DNA from: Paraspadella gotoi
Lineage: Eukaryota > Animalia > Chaetognatha
DNA length: 64,000 nucleotides
Direction: 5' to 3'
Assembly (NCBI GenBank): GCA_051294375.1
Contig: CM119265.1
Coordinates: forward strand, 19,082,588 to 19,146,587
The position numbers were made by a program, and so were the translations under genes. Shown here piece after piece: positions 13,677 through 27,802 of this stretch. The number at the start of each line of letters is the position of its first letter. The first letter of the stretch is position 1. The notes under the pieces are model-generated. The model was given only the letters and a program-made list of their open reading frames with translations, did not search any database and was not told the origin of the DNA.

Positions 13677-14889
13677 TTAGGATCTTTTTCCGCCGGAAAC
13701 ACCAAATCACTGAGAGAGAGAGAGATAGAGAGAGACTGAAGTCATCAAAACTTCTTTTTAATTCCGATTCCAATTGAAAATCTTTTTTCCCTCTTCATTC
13801 GTCGTTGGCCAGATTTTCATCTCCCTCCCTTTTTATTTTTCCGTCTCTCTCTCTATCTCCTTTTCCGATCTATTCTTCTTTTCGTTGTCGTAATTTCGAA
13901 TCAAAATGAGTAACCTTCCGCTCAATTCGTCAACGTTACAAAATTAATAGGATTAAATCTCTACGAAATAAAAAGGGATGGACTCCCGAATTCGGATTTG
14001 ATGTCATGGGCATTCCGAGAATTTTTAGACAAAAAAAATTTTGACACCCAAAGGGAAGAGAGAAGAGAGAGAAAAAAGAGAGAGAGAGAGAGACCTTTTT
14101 TGGGTCTTAATCGCGTCGCCCAACAAATGGAAAAAGACAAAAGGAATAGAGAGGCGACAGACAGAGACAGAGGGGAAGAGCGATGAAGAGGGAGAGAGAG
14201 AGAGCGAGAAGTCTATTGTTATTTTTTCTCCGAAACGTCATCTCAGCTTCTCTCTCTCTGTCTTCTCTCTCCTAGTCGGCGTTTTCCGCCTCCAATCTTT
14301 CAACTCCTTATTCCCCTGCTCATTTTTCAACTCTTAATTTTTCCCCGCTTCTTTTTTCGACTTTTCATTTCACTTTTTCTTATTTCAACTCCTGATTATT
14401 TAGCTCATCTTTCACCCTTTCGTTTCCGTGTCATCTTTTAACTTTTAATTCTGATCGTTTTTTTTTCTATTGGATTTCTACGTAATACCTTTTTTTTCAT
14501 TATTGATTTATTATTTGCATATTTAAGAACTTTAGTTCTCTCATTGTTTCACAGTTTAGTATTAATTTTTGTAAAACAAAACCTGGCACTTTCAAATATT
14601 TAATAGCAAAGCTCTCATTTCCTTTTTTTATATACCGTTATAAAACAGATTACAGAAGCTTTTTATTAAAGGAACAACGAACCTTTCCATACAAAACACA
14701 GCCTTGAACAAAGACTAATTCAGGTAGTCTTCCTTCATATTTCATTTTCCTATGGTGGATGATTTTAAATAATGAGCTTCATTGTTTCTTTTGGTCGGGG
14801 AAGTAAAAAATACAAAGAATAAGAATTTAAGCGCATATTTTGGGGGTAATTAAGAGAGAGAGAGAGAGTGGGGAGAGGTTGAGAGAGAG

Positions 14890-14961
<72 letters not shown>

Positions 14962-15531
14962 GACCTCTTGTCCAAGGGCAGAATGAACTTCCTTTAATTT
15001 AGTCCACTTTTGTGTTTATGAGTGAAATAAAAAAAAAGGAAAACCTTCTAAACGATAATTATCAGGGTTTAATTTTGAAGGGAGAGAAAAATAAATCTGT
15101 CAGAGGCTCAAAGAGAAATTCCACGGAGTCAAAAAAAGTTCAAAAGTTTTTACGGCGGTAGGGGTTTTTTACCGAGCTTTTTCGCCGAGGGCAGTACAGC
15201 CAAAATTATACACGTTTGGACTGAAACGGAAAGGAAATATAGCTGTTCGAAATGATCATCTTTTGATTTATTTCACTTATTAATGCTGGTTTTAAAATCA
15301 TAATAATCCAATGGTAATAATAAAATGTAAAAAAAAATTCAAACGTGAATAAAAATAATTAGAAAAAAAAATATGTGTTGTATGTATCACCAGAACCAGA
15401 TATGAGATAGTAAACGTAAGATTGTTGAAAGTCTATAAAACGCGAGAATTGTGAGTTAAAAAATGTACGATTTATGATTGCCCTTAAAACTTTACGTACC
15501 ATTTTCACGGTTCTGACAAGATAAATTCGCT

Positions 15532-15608
<77 letters not shown>

Positions 15609-17264
15609 TTCACTTCCCAAATTACTTTATTTCACCTCCCCCCCTCTTCCATCCCTTCAAAAAAGTAAGTAAATTAACCCAGACTCCAAATTCCTCGATT
15701 TCTGCATTTTCTTGCGCATCTTCTCCCTCCCCCCCTTTACCCCCCTCCCCAACCCTTCTCGCCCGGGCGTGGCTTCTCCTTTGATGCCGCGGTTTTCACA
15801 ATCGTTGAAAAAAGGATTTTTTTTTAAATTTTATTTTCCGTCGACGAGAAGAAAAAAGATTTAAATTTTTGAGTCAAACAAAATAGCAACCAAATGTCAA
15901 AACTTCGTCTCGATTCCAACGATGGAATACCGAGACCCGTTTTTTTTTTTCCTTTCTCTCTTGACTTTTTTTTTAGGTTTTTCTGGTTTTTTTTGTTTCT
16001 TTGTTTCTATCGAACGGCATCGGCTTATCATCGATCTCTTCCACTAATGTTAATTAGATGCGATTTCGGAGTACGATAGTATTCTCCGATCTAATACTTT
16101 ATTGATCGGAGTGTGATGAGAGTCCCGATTGAAGACATGAAAGGTCCAAATATGTTACTATCTTGTTAGACGGATAGAGACCAAGAGTAGGAGACCCTAA
16201 CCAAACACGGCCAATCTTAAAGTCCGGGGGTAACAACTATTAGTTCTCATGGCTCCTCCACCATAACTCACCACTCCCTTCATTAACTTACCCTTTCTCC
16301 GCCTCCTTCCTAATTTGGCTCGGGAAATTCTCATTACATTACATCTCATACATTAACGCTCGATCCCTCGTAAAAAAGGTCGACTTTCGACGAATCAGAT
16401 CCGAAATACGACTCAATCGACCTCGAAATCGACCCTTAAACCTCTCGTCCCTTTTTCTAGTATTTCTTTGTTTTTTCATGGGACTTAAAATACAAATTGA
16501 GAAAATTTCCTTTTATTTTATGCCTTCCGTTTACGAGTCGATCTCGTGATTCTTTATGTTTATGTTGCCGGAATTTTTTCTTCTCCGAATTTAAAAGTCA
16601 TTAGTTTTTATGCCGCTCATTGTTGATCTTAAAATACATTTTCTGACTTTAGGATCGTTTTTTTTTCTGACTTACTTGGCGCCGTTTGAACATGGATTTG
16701 AGAGGATTACAATTTAAATTTAAAATTAGGAAATTAATATTAAAATTAAAATTAAATTTAAAAAAAGTGGTTAGTCGTCTTCTACTTTCCTTTCGAAGTC
16801 GTCATTGTCTGCCTTTCGCCGACCTCGTCGTTGGTCGTCGTTGTCGTCGTTGTCGTCGTTGTTATCATCACCGACGCGAAGACGATTCCATCGAACAAGC
16901 ATAAAGCAGAAAAATTAATAGAAGCCATAAACTAGTATTTTTTTTTTTGAAAAAAAAATTAAACAAACTTCCTGATTTGATTATCGTGCAAAATTGGGAT
17001 TTCACTTTTTGGTTCGTTTCGTACTTTATCATTTTGTAAATAGTTGTTCTGTTTATATACAGACTATTAGAAAAAACTTTTAAATTTCGAAAATAAAAAA
17101 ATAAATGATTAATCACTATAAAATGAAAATTTTAGCTTAAAGGAAAGGAGCGAAAAATACTTGACAGAAGTGGGATCAATTTTGGACGTGGGGTTGGATG
17201 CGCTTTCGAAGCAGTCCGACGATTCCAGGACAACGTTCTCCGAGGTGGAATCGGAGAGAGGTTG

Positions 17265-17300
<36 letters not shown>

Positions 17301-18376
17301 CCGACTGGAAAACCAATGACACACGACTCGATGACTAATTTCAACATTGATGTAGTCTTCCTCACCCTAGTTTAACAATCTTATTTAAAAGAATAACACC
17401 CACGGAGCATTTACCCGATATCTAAAACAATTTCCCATATGAGACATAAAGACCCAAGGAAGAGAGACCGACCGACCGAACCTATAGTAATTCACGTCCC
17501 GTCTCGGAGAAAAGATGAGAAGAACAAAGTAAAAAAAATATTAAGGAGTTTGACGACGGAGAAAAATTGGTTGTTATCTTCGATTTCCCTGGAACCGGGA
17601 TAAGTGCAGACTTATACCACTCCCCCCCCCCTTGCCCCGCATCTCCCCCCCGCTTCTAAGATGAAATTACGGATCTCGAAAGCGATCGACGACACCATAA
17701 AAACACCATAAGCATGATCCTCATCTAGGAAATTAAAAAAAAAATATAATCTCGAAAAGACGGTTTGGGGAAAATTCGGCGGCGTCCGAAACGGGAAGAA
17801 ACTATCCTGGAAAATAACATGCATCATCTCGGTTGAGGAAAAAAAAAAAAAGAAACGATGAATGTAACGCACGAAGGATATTTATTTTTTTTGGGGGGAT
17901 GTTTTGTGTCTTTATATTTCTTTGATGCCTCATGGATTCTGGGCGGGAAAAAACTCAAAAGGAAAAGAGAAAAAAAAAAGCTTAGACGTAAGCTAAAAAA
18001 AAATCCATTAATAAAAATATATTAGAGAGAAAGGGAAAGAGAATCTTTCAAAGACATGGGAGCTTCGGAGGAAGACAAAGCAAGAGAAAGAGAGAAGAAA
18101 AAATAGGCAAATTCTTAAAAAAAAATAAGAAAGTGAAATAAAATGAAAAAAAAGAGAAAAGAAGGAATAGTTCCATCGGAATGCCACCCGATATTCGCTG
18201 CTTCCGATGTTTTCTTTTTCTTTTTTTTCTTCTTTTCTTTCCTTTTTTTTCGAAGCGGCAGTAAAAGTTATGTCCTGCGGCGCGGTTATACTTTTATCTG
18301 CGGACACCCCCCTCTCTTTTAAAACAGGGGGCTAGAGGGCCTTTTCTTTCTGTTTGCGTTGTCTTTTTTTGTTTTC

Positions 18377-18427
<51 letters not shown>

Positions 18428-19813
18428 TCCTTCTCTCTTCTCTCTCTCTGACTCCCCTCGGGCGTTTTCCCACGGCACCGGAACAAAGAGCTGCTTGACG
18501 AATTTCAAAAAATTTGTTAACGAAGAGAAAAAACGAGGTTCGATTTTCGAGGATCGAAATTAAAACGTTTTTAACGGAAGTTCGTTATCTGCGGAGTCAT
18601 CGTAAGTCGATCTTTCTGGCGTTTTGGTCTCGGTTTCTCGGTTATTTCAGCCGGCGTTAATGACAGAGTTCTTAACTCATCGCTTGACGATCATTCACCT
18701 CCGCTCGACCGACGGGAGTTGACTTACTTTCGTTGCCTCATGACGGTCATTTCTGGTGAGTCACCCACTTCGATGATTCACGGAATATTAAAAAGGCTTT
18801 GAGTAAACAATTAACTATCAGGTAATGTCCCGCCCCCTCGTTAAGGCGCCCCCTCATAATATTCTTGCGCGTTTCACTTATAGACCCTTGGGGAAACATT
18901 GAAAGTTTTAAAAGTGAGCTGGGAAAGCTAGTTGGCGTTTCGCCTGGGAGAAAACACGTTCTCAATTACAGATTCCTGTTTTTTTTTTAATTATCTTTTT
19001 CTAGATACATTTCAATACAAAATTAATCAATTGATATAGCAAAATGATTATGAGGGTTGAAATAAGTCAACTATATTACCGTTATCTTGAGCTATATATG
19101 GAAAGTATTATATTTCAGTTTTTTTTCCACGTACGAAAAAAAAAACTTTTCGTCCTGATTTTGTTATGATTACCAAAGTTGTTTTTGGGTCATTGGGCGT
19201 TTCTTTCAAATACCCTTTTCCATCAAAGTGTGTCAGATTTCGTCGTCGTCGTCGTCGTCGTCGTCGTCATACTCTCAACGCGATTCCAGTTCCATAGCTT
19301 TCTTTCCAAGCTTTAATTCTCTCCTGGGCCCATCCATCATAATCCCACTTACCAACATCGACTCTCCTCTCGCTTACCTTTCCTCTTTCTTTTTTCATCT
19401 TTCTCGCTCGTAGTTTCTCTCCTCATCCTCCTCCTCCTCCTCCTCCTCTCGTCTTTCACCAAAAAGTCAAAATTTCCCTTCAAATGCATCAAATCGTAAC
19501 GACGCCGACGAGATTACGCACACCCACATTTCCCTTCAACGCCATGAGGTCATCCAACCCATCCCCATCGGGTCATCCAACCCCTTTCCCCACCCAAACT
19601 CCGAACCCCGACCTTTCCACCTTCTGCCTTCCAACGCCGCATACGTTTCGAAAGACGGCGCGGAGTTTGACCGAGGGAAACGGAGGCCAGACTATTGTTT
19701 CCTCGCCCTCTCCCTCTTCTTTGTTTTCTTTTTTCTTTCTCCCTATCTCCACATATATCTAACTCTCATTCTAAAGTTTCTCTCTTACAGATTCTTCATT
19801 GTTCCTCTCTCTC

Positions 19814-19869
<56 letters not shown>

Positions 19870-20585
19870 TCTCTCCTTGAACTTACCTTTCCGCACCACC
19901 CTATCCACCCACGGATCCTACCAACCCAATCTCCACCTCAGGCCCACTTTTTCTCCCACTTCTCGATCGCGGGAGACCCGGCGAAATCCCCTGCCCAAAG
20001 TATGAAACTTAGGAGGGGGGAGGTGGGGGAAGAAGGAGGAGAATTCCAATAACCGCACCTTCCTGACGGACTCGTCAGTAGTTTTTTACTCTTAATAATT
20101 TATATTAATAAGGATGACGTCGATTTGGGTCAATGTACTTTTTTTTTTTTATCGAATTATTTTAAAAAAACGACGCCTTTAAAAATATTGTCTTAAATAA
20201 TTTGACAACGTATGTCGATGCTTCACAATTTTTTTTTATCGCTATTTTATAATTTCTATGACTAAATTTAAAATTTTAATTATACATAGTGAATGATCTT
20301 TTTGACTATTCCTTCAGAAGTACAAACAACTGTTATATGATTTTTAGGCTTTTTTTTTTGCTTTTTGATTTTTTTGGAATATTGTGTAATCGATTTCACT
20401 ACCAATTCCAAATAATAATCCTAAAATTTAAAATTGCCGAGAAAAAACTCTTCATCAGGATCCCTATTGTCCAGGCAGAGCTGACACCTTTCGCTCGTAA
20501 GCGGGCGTAGTGCCAAACAAACGACAAAGAGAGAGAGAGAGAGAGAGAGAAGAGAGAGAGGAGAGAGAGAGAGAGAGAGAGATGA

Positions 20586-20628
<43 letters not shown>

Positions 20629-20747
20629 TCAGGATTCCTGGTGTGCCGGCGCATGCTGAACCTTGGAACTCGGATGCCATGGAGACTGGAAAACATTACC
20701 AAGAGTTTCTGAACTGAGTTCTGGAAAAAGTACGAATATTACAAGCT

Positions 20748-20840
20748 AATAACTAACTAACTAACTAACTACACTAACTAATAACTTAATACTAACTACC
20801 TAACTAACTAATTAACTACTAACTAAACTAAACTAATTAT
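20748..20840. repeat. (CTAA)n tetranucleotide microsatellite
   Basis: actaactaactaact run. Copies lie at ~43180-43265 (as TTAG), ~44985-45060 and ~48100-48185. Confidence 0.9.
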
Positions 20841-22251
20841 CTATCTATTTAACTAATTTCACTGACTAACCAACAGAATTGTTCACTGTAAAAATGATTA
20901 GGCATTTTGATTATTGACCAACGCTAGAAGATCTGCTCACTGGAAAAAAAATCGGAAAAAAACAAAAAAGGCGAACGAATTGTAAAGAAAATGAGGTCAT
21001 AATCATGTCAGGTAAACGCATATAAAAGTGAGAACCGCACAATAAAAAATCACGACTACTTTCTCATCTGCTAAAAAGTTCTCATAGGATTCTCTCACGG
21101 TTTTCAGCCTCTCATCACTTTGGTCCAGATTTTTTAGTTAAAGAAAAAATAAAGTCATTCGATTTTGTAGGCCAGATTTTAGTAGGTATTTTTCTCTCTT
21201 TTGTTGTCTGGTGTTCTTCTTTTTTGTCTGGCTCCCTCTCTCTCTGCTCTCTTTCTCTCTCTCTCTCTCTGTCTCTCTCTCTTCTCTCTCTCTCTCTTCT
21301 CTCACTTGCGAGCAACAATATCTTCCGGACGCATCATTCATAATTCGGGAGATTCGTGTTTCGAAAAAAAAAAAAGTTTTGCAAAAATCGCGAAGCTGCC
21401 CTCTTTGGCGGCCCAAGGTTTTTAGGCTGTTTGGTTTTCTAGAGGCGGCGAGGAAACCGCCCTCCTCTCGGGGGACGGCCCGGGTGGAAGGGGGGGTGTG
21501 GGTAAGTGCGGGAAGGGGGGGGAAGAAGGTTCGTTTCGTGCCGGAAGACTTGTTTTTGTTTTTTTTGTGGCTGAGAAAGTCAATGACTTCGAAGTTCAAA
21601 TTATTTTTAAAAGTTAATTGACAGCGCGGCGGTTTATGGCAACTGAACAGACGAGATTTCTGACGAAAGTATTGAGACAAGTGTGACGTATATACTTCAA
21701 ATTAATACAAAATATTTTAAAAGATCATAAGAAAGACAACTAAATACCATTGCGTACTGGAGATTGGTTGCGTGGGTAATTTACTGGCGGTTGAGTTGTG
21801 ATCTATTTTCGATTTGGATCATCGTCGTCTTCGGTAGTCGATTGTCTCTTTGCGGGCGAGCTCTTACTTCTTTAAAGGTAATTATTTATAGTAGGTTGTC
21901 AGTAACTATTATCAATTCAGGTGAGACTAATATATTTAGCAAGGGCCGCTGCACAATCTTTCCTTTTCAAAATAAATAGAATAACCATGAGGAAGTCGTT
22001 GACCTAAAGAACATTTTTACTTAACGAAAATCCTACGTGCGAATCATTGCCAAAAATAACAGATCGGTTACAAAAGTTCGCACGTTTGGATATTTTTTTT
22101 TCCCCCGTAAATGCATGACAATTTTCGTTTTGAATCTTACAAATTTTTATTAAGAGAGGATATTTTTTACAGATGTGGAAGGCTTCTGAGCTTATAAATT
22201 ATATTCTCTGAACTTGTAAAGGAAAATGTATCGTATTTCGACGTTTTTCTC

Positions 22252-22283
<32 letters not shown>

Positions 22284-23405
22284 CTCTCTCTCTCTCTCTC
22301 TCTCTGTCCTCTCTCTCCTCTCTCTCTCTTCTCTCTCTCTTCTCTCTCTCTATGACGATGAATAACGCGAAAAATCGAGGAGAGGCGACGAATTTTTCGC
22401 TATATTTCAAACAAAAGTGAAAATCTTTCTTCTTTCTTTCCCTTTTCACCCTTAATTGTCAGTTTTAGTCGACTCCCTTGACTCGAAGTCGCTTCCGCTC
22501 GCCGTGAAACAAAACTTCACCGTGAAAGGACTCTTCACCCGTCAGGCGAATCGGGTCCTACCTTCGCTACCCCATTCTCTATCCCCCCATCCCCCATCTT
22601 TAGCACCTCCCTTTACGGTACATAGAACTCTTTTCTTTTTTCTTCTTCCCAATATTTAAGGCATGGAAAAATCATAAATATCCCCCAAACGTCCAAAACC
22701 TTTCACCGACCCCCACAGTCTTAACTCCCCCACCGTAACCCTCCCACCCTCATTTGCGAACTGACTCCAATTTTCCCAAAAAGGCGTCGTCGGAAGCAAA
22801 ACATTCTTTTTCTATTTAGTTTTAAAAAATTAATTTTTTTGGCGTTTTTTGATTTACGGTCAAAACTGAGGAGCATAGGAAGTCGACTTTGTGGATTGTG
22901 GGAAGACCTCGTCGACGTCGTCGTCATCATCATCGTCGTCATTTTCGTCGTTGTCGACTTAACGTCATTCATGTCTTGAGACTTGAATCTTAATCCAATT
23001 TGCATACTGTAGTAGAGAGATTCTGGATGATTTTTTTTATATAAGCATGTTTTTCGGCGTAAACTTCAAGTCGAGTAACATAAGAATCGAAAATCCCGAA
23101 TTTTTTTTCCTCAAGAAGTATAAGGTAACGTTAGGTGATACTTGATTCGCTTGATTTAAAGAAACGTAAAAAGTTAACAGAACTGTTCGTCGCTCGACTG
23201 ATTAACAACTCATTCAATACTCCAGTTGCTTCCATCAAACCTGCCTACGATACTATAGAGCGCTCTCTGGTCGAAAGCTTGGGCGGCTTGGAATTGGCCG
23301 CAGTCTTAAGAACTTGCACCCATTTAATTTGAAGATTTAAACAAGATATCGTTAAGTCTCATCATCTATTTACACTCCTGATCCTTTAGTCTGTCTGTGT
23401 GTATC

Positions 23406-23406
<1 letters not shown>

Positions 23407-23465
<59 letters not shown>

Positions 23466-23490
23466 TCCTTCTATCTTTCTTTCTTTCTTC
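23407..23490. repeat. (TTTC)n microsatellite
   Basis: Directly visible. Copies lie at ~40530-40612 (GAAA) and ~50742-50800. Confidence 0.95.
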
Positions 23491-23950
23491 TTTCTTATCT
23501 TCTTTCTATATTTATTTCTTTTTTTTAATTCTTTTCTTTCGTTTATTTCACCTTCTTCCTCTCTATTTACTTTCTCAGTCCTTTCACACCATTTCTATAT
23601 TCACCTCTCTCCGCTTCTTATCTTTTTCTTCTCTTCGTCTCCTCCTTTCTTCTCTCTCCTTCATTTTTCGAACATTTTTATCTAAAAGTTCAAACACTTG
23701 GGATTTCCACCCCTTTTCCAAAAAAAAAAAAGAAAAAAGAAAAAAGATTTACGGTTTTGGGTTCTTCTTTTTTAAATTTTTTTTTCTTCTTATTTTTATC
23801 TCGAAGCCCGAGGGTTTTTATTCTGTTGCGAAATTAAAAACGCTTATCAAATAAGTTGTGATAGGGATCGATACGAATGGAAAATTACGAAGAAAATCTT
23901 GACCTTTTTTTTTTTTTCATTTGACGTGGTATCTTTCCACGGAGAGAGAG

Positions 23951-24011
<61 letters not shown>

Positions 24012-24282
24012 GAGAGATTGAGAGAGAGAGAGAGAGAGACGCGGGTGACGCGCCTTCTTCCCAACCAAGCGATAACGTCCTGGGGTATTCACGAATTAAA
24101 AATGCGGCGAAAAAGGGATAAAGTTCAATATAAAAAAAATATCCGGTAACTCTCAAAAATAGTGTCAGATTAGAAAAGAGCAAACTGAACATACGCGTCA
24201 ATGAAATCCAAAGTTCGAAGAAAGAAATTTTTAAGTTAGTATATATACCTAAAGAATACTGTATTTATTCTCTTTTTTAAAG

Positions 24283-24479
24283 GTTTAGATTTTCCTAGTG
24301 GCGTCATCCAACTCGGGAATGCCGAGGAGGAGCCTGTTTTCGTCACCCTCGGGACTCCGGGGCGCCCCGCACGGCCGGATGCCCCACGGACCGAGTTTCC
24401 ACAGCCCCGCAGCCCCCGCGCCCCTCTTCGCCCCTCGTGGCCCGGCGGACCTGCGCCTTTTAAATCTAGTCTTTTGTGA
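24283..24479 (+). CDS. Candidate GC-rich terminal exon of an unidentified protein
   Basis: Polypyrimidine acceptor TATTCTCTTTTTTAAAG| followed by an open frame (G)LDFPSGVIQLGNAEEEPVFVTLGTPGRPARPDAPRTEFPQPRSPRAPLRPSWPGGPAPFKSSLL* with TGA at 24477-24479. It forms a GC island in AT-rich flanks. Copies lie at 39540-39736 (-) and ~51600-51805. Confidence 0.35.
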
Positions 24480-24862
24480 TTGATGATTCAAAGGACAGAC
24501 CGACCATGGCGGGCGTATCTCAAACCCCTGGTTGAAGGTTCAAATTATTTTTTTTGTTTTAGTTTCTTACCTTTAAATCGGGTTAATGAGCCGAGAGAGA
24601 TCAGCTTTTACTTCGATTTTTTAAATTGATGCGTGACGAAAATCTATCCTGTTATAACTAATAGCAGAAGTTTACGTCAATGTTATTTTATCTTTTCTTT
24701 TTAAATACTCGGAATTCTTCGGGTTGGAGGCGGCGGATTTACCGAATTTGATGATCCGAAAATTTTGAGGATGGAAATATTTTTTATTTTATTATCAATT
24801 TTCGGGAAAATTCGATCTTATTTATTCTGAGATTCTTTTTGAGAGATAGTTTACTTGAATGC

Positions 24863-24897
24863 CTCTCTCTCTCTCTCTCTCTCCCTCATCTCTCCTC

Positions 24898-24930
<33 letters not shown>

Positions 24931-24940
24931 TCTCTCTCCC

Positions 24941-25019
<79 letters not shown>

Positions 25020-25024
25020 GCTCA

Positions 25025-25090
<66 letters not shown>
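24863..25090. repeat. Long interrupted (TC)n tract (~230 bp)
   Basis: Directly visible. It is mirrored at 38929-39156, with related tracts at ~52690-52915 and ~53540-53760. Confidence 0.95.
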
Positions 25091-25094
<4 letters not shown>

Positions 25095-25849
25095 ACCTCA
25101 ATTCTTTCTCTCTCTCTTTGCCTCAAGATATTAAAATAAAAAAACTTGAAATGGTTGCAGTAAAGTTTAGATGAAATCAACATTTTTTAAGATGCCTAGT
25201 CTGATAAATTTTTACTGTAATAACTTGCCAAAAGCGGTAAAAATTAAAAAATAGGAAACCACCATTGAAAGAGGAAGCTATAAAATAACACCGTAAATAA
25301 GAAAAAAGGCTCAGTTATTTTCATTTTTTTTCTGTTTTCTTTTCCTTTACAATCCAGAAGTTAATTTTTTCTCTATATCTTTTTCGGTTTTTTTTTCGGA
25401 AGGCCTCTTCTGCATCCAGAATATTTCGCCAATAGCGTTCAGTGTAGATTTAGCGAACCATCAGAATCCAGAGATTACCGACGGTGAAAAACCAACGGTG
25501 TAATTCAGGATCGGAAATTGAGGTAATTCGAAGCAGTTGAATTTTGATGGGAAAGGAAAGAGTCGTTTTTTTAAGTGGAATAGTCGTGTTGGGGATTCGG
25601 GGGGCGGGGGGTCGGGGGGCGGGGGGCGGGGTTTCTGCAGGGGATTTAAAAAACCGCGGTTTATTAATAACTCAATTTTGATCAATAGGTTAGGTGGCAA
25701 GGAGTAAATAAGATGAAGAGCTTATTTACCTTCCATTTTCTTATGTCCTACTTATTCCAAAATTTGCCCCTTCCACCCCTTTGATCTCACAATTCTAGAG
25801 GAAGAGAGAGGAGAGAGAGGAGAGAGAGACGAGAGAGAGAAGAGAGAGA

Positions 25850-25882
<33 letters not shown>

Positions 25883-27802
25883 CAGAGAGAGAGAGAGAAG
25901 CATTTGTGTTGGTTAAAACCTGATTCCCAGGTCCATATTAAAACCATCGTAACTTCACTAATCGGCACTCGACTTTCTCTCTCTTCTCTTTTTTTTGTTG
26001 AATTTTTGCTTCGTTTTTCGCGACGGATTTTTTGTTTTTATAAACAAAACAGAAAATGAAAGTCGCTAAGAACCTGAAGAACAAAGAGGTATAATGATGA
26101 TAAGGGAATTGAAGAATTACTGGCAGAACGTGCCTTATTTGGATGGGTGGTCAGTTATTTAATTATTATTATTATTTATATTTTATTAAAATAATTTTAG
26201 AAAATTACATATTTAATAGAAGAGTAAGAGTGACTATTTTTGCAGTATATTTAATATTTACTAACCTCTGTCTATGTCGTTTCCCAGCTAGAATTTTTAA
26301 CCATTTTACGAAACGGACAAAACGTGATCGAAAAAAAAAAATTTACGAAAAAAAGTCCTAGATGCACGGAAAGTTTTCCGCCCACCACCACCGCACCACT
26401 CTACCTCGCCGCGAAGTTGAAAAGACTGTCATCAATTCGAGAGTATTTCGCTCTCGGCGTGATAAATAAAGAAGGGAATTTTTTTTGTACCCGCCCCCCG
26501 CCTCAAGAAGGGGCTTCGAACAGGCGTTCGTACTCCTGGGATGGTCGTCATCAGGGTTCAACCAGAAGAAGACGATAATTTTCGATTGGTTATAAATTGT
26601 CACCACGTGGAAAGTTCTTTTAGTTTTGGTTCCGAAAATTCCCCTCGACGTGCGCGCTCCGTGCAATTTTCTTAAGTGCCTTCCGGTTCCAACGCACGGT
26701 GCCCCTCTTCCCCCGGTCGCGATACTCCCGCACGACAAACGTAGCCGGATCATTCCTTTACCAGCGTCGTCTGTGGGCGCCTAAGATTGGTAGTCAGTTA
26801 TGATCTATTATCACTGATCCCTTCGGGCAATGTTGAAGTCGAACCTTCATTATTCCTCTAAAGACTATCCCGCTTCTCCCCCCTTCTTCTCTCTCTACAA
26901 TCAGGATTATATCCGATTTATTTAGCATGGCTATCTCGTGATTCACAATTTGTCTTTGCATTCCTTCTTGCTTACTGACCCAGTAACCCAGTGACCAACT
27001 ATTCACAAACTGAATAACCGCTGTGGACAATTCTTGTAGCAAGTTAAGAGGGACGAACCAGTTAACCTTGCTGTCTTGGCGGATTCCCAGTCGGAAATTA
27101 ATCCTAATCTTATTCTCTTGTTACCTTCTGAGATTAAAAAAGTTAATTCTCCGTGAATAACTTTTTTTAAATTACAATAAATGTTGAAATAAGCATCAGA
27201 ACGAGATGAAGTAAATTAGCAATCTTCTTAATTTTTGTACCTTCAAATTGGGATCTAATGGTTAATTGGCAGAAACCGTTTTCAAAGTTTTTATATATTA
27301 TTAATTTCTAGAATATCAAACACATTTAGTAATGTAAGTTCTTTTAACAATGATCAATTGATATTAAGTGTATTATTCATGGTAACATCGTGGCATAATA
27401 ACTTGCAGTGGTAACGGTAACTATTGAATTACTGAATAATAATAATTGAAACTCCGTTGTTACTTTTGTTTTATTTTAAAAAAAATGTTGGTTTGAAACT
27501 GATTACAAGCACTCTAGGTTGGGTATGTTGGTTACAGTTTTTTGCGCCTTTGGTGAGTTGCCGTAGTTTTTAAAACAAAAAGACACCGATTTTTTTTTGC
27601 TATTTATCTTAAACTTTATACTTTAATTAAATACTATACTAATTAAATATATGTATATGTATAATATATATGAAAATAAAATTTATAAATTTATTGTTTA
27701 ATTTTTTACATACTGTACAAATACAAAAGAAATCTGTATGAATTCGAAATTTTTAGTTTATATTAATTAATATAAATTAGTCAATTTATAAACTTCGGTT
27801 CA

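Noticed and set aside
20748-20840. Arthropod telomeric (TTAGG)n
   Set aside because: The period is 4 (CTAA/TTAG), not 5, so it is an ordinary microsatellite.
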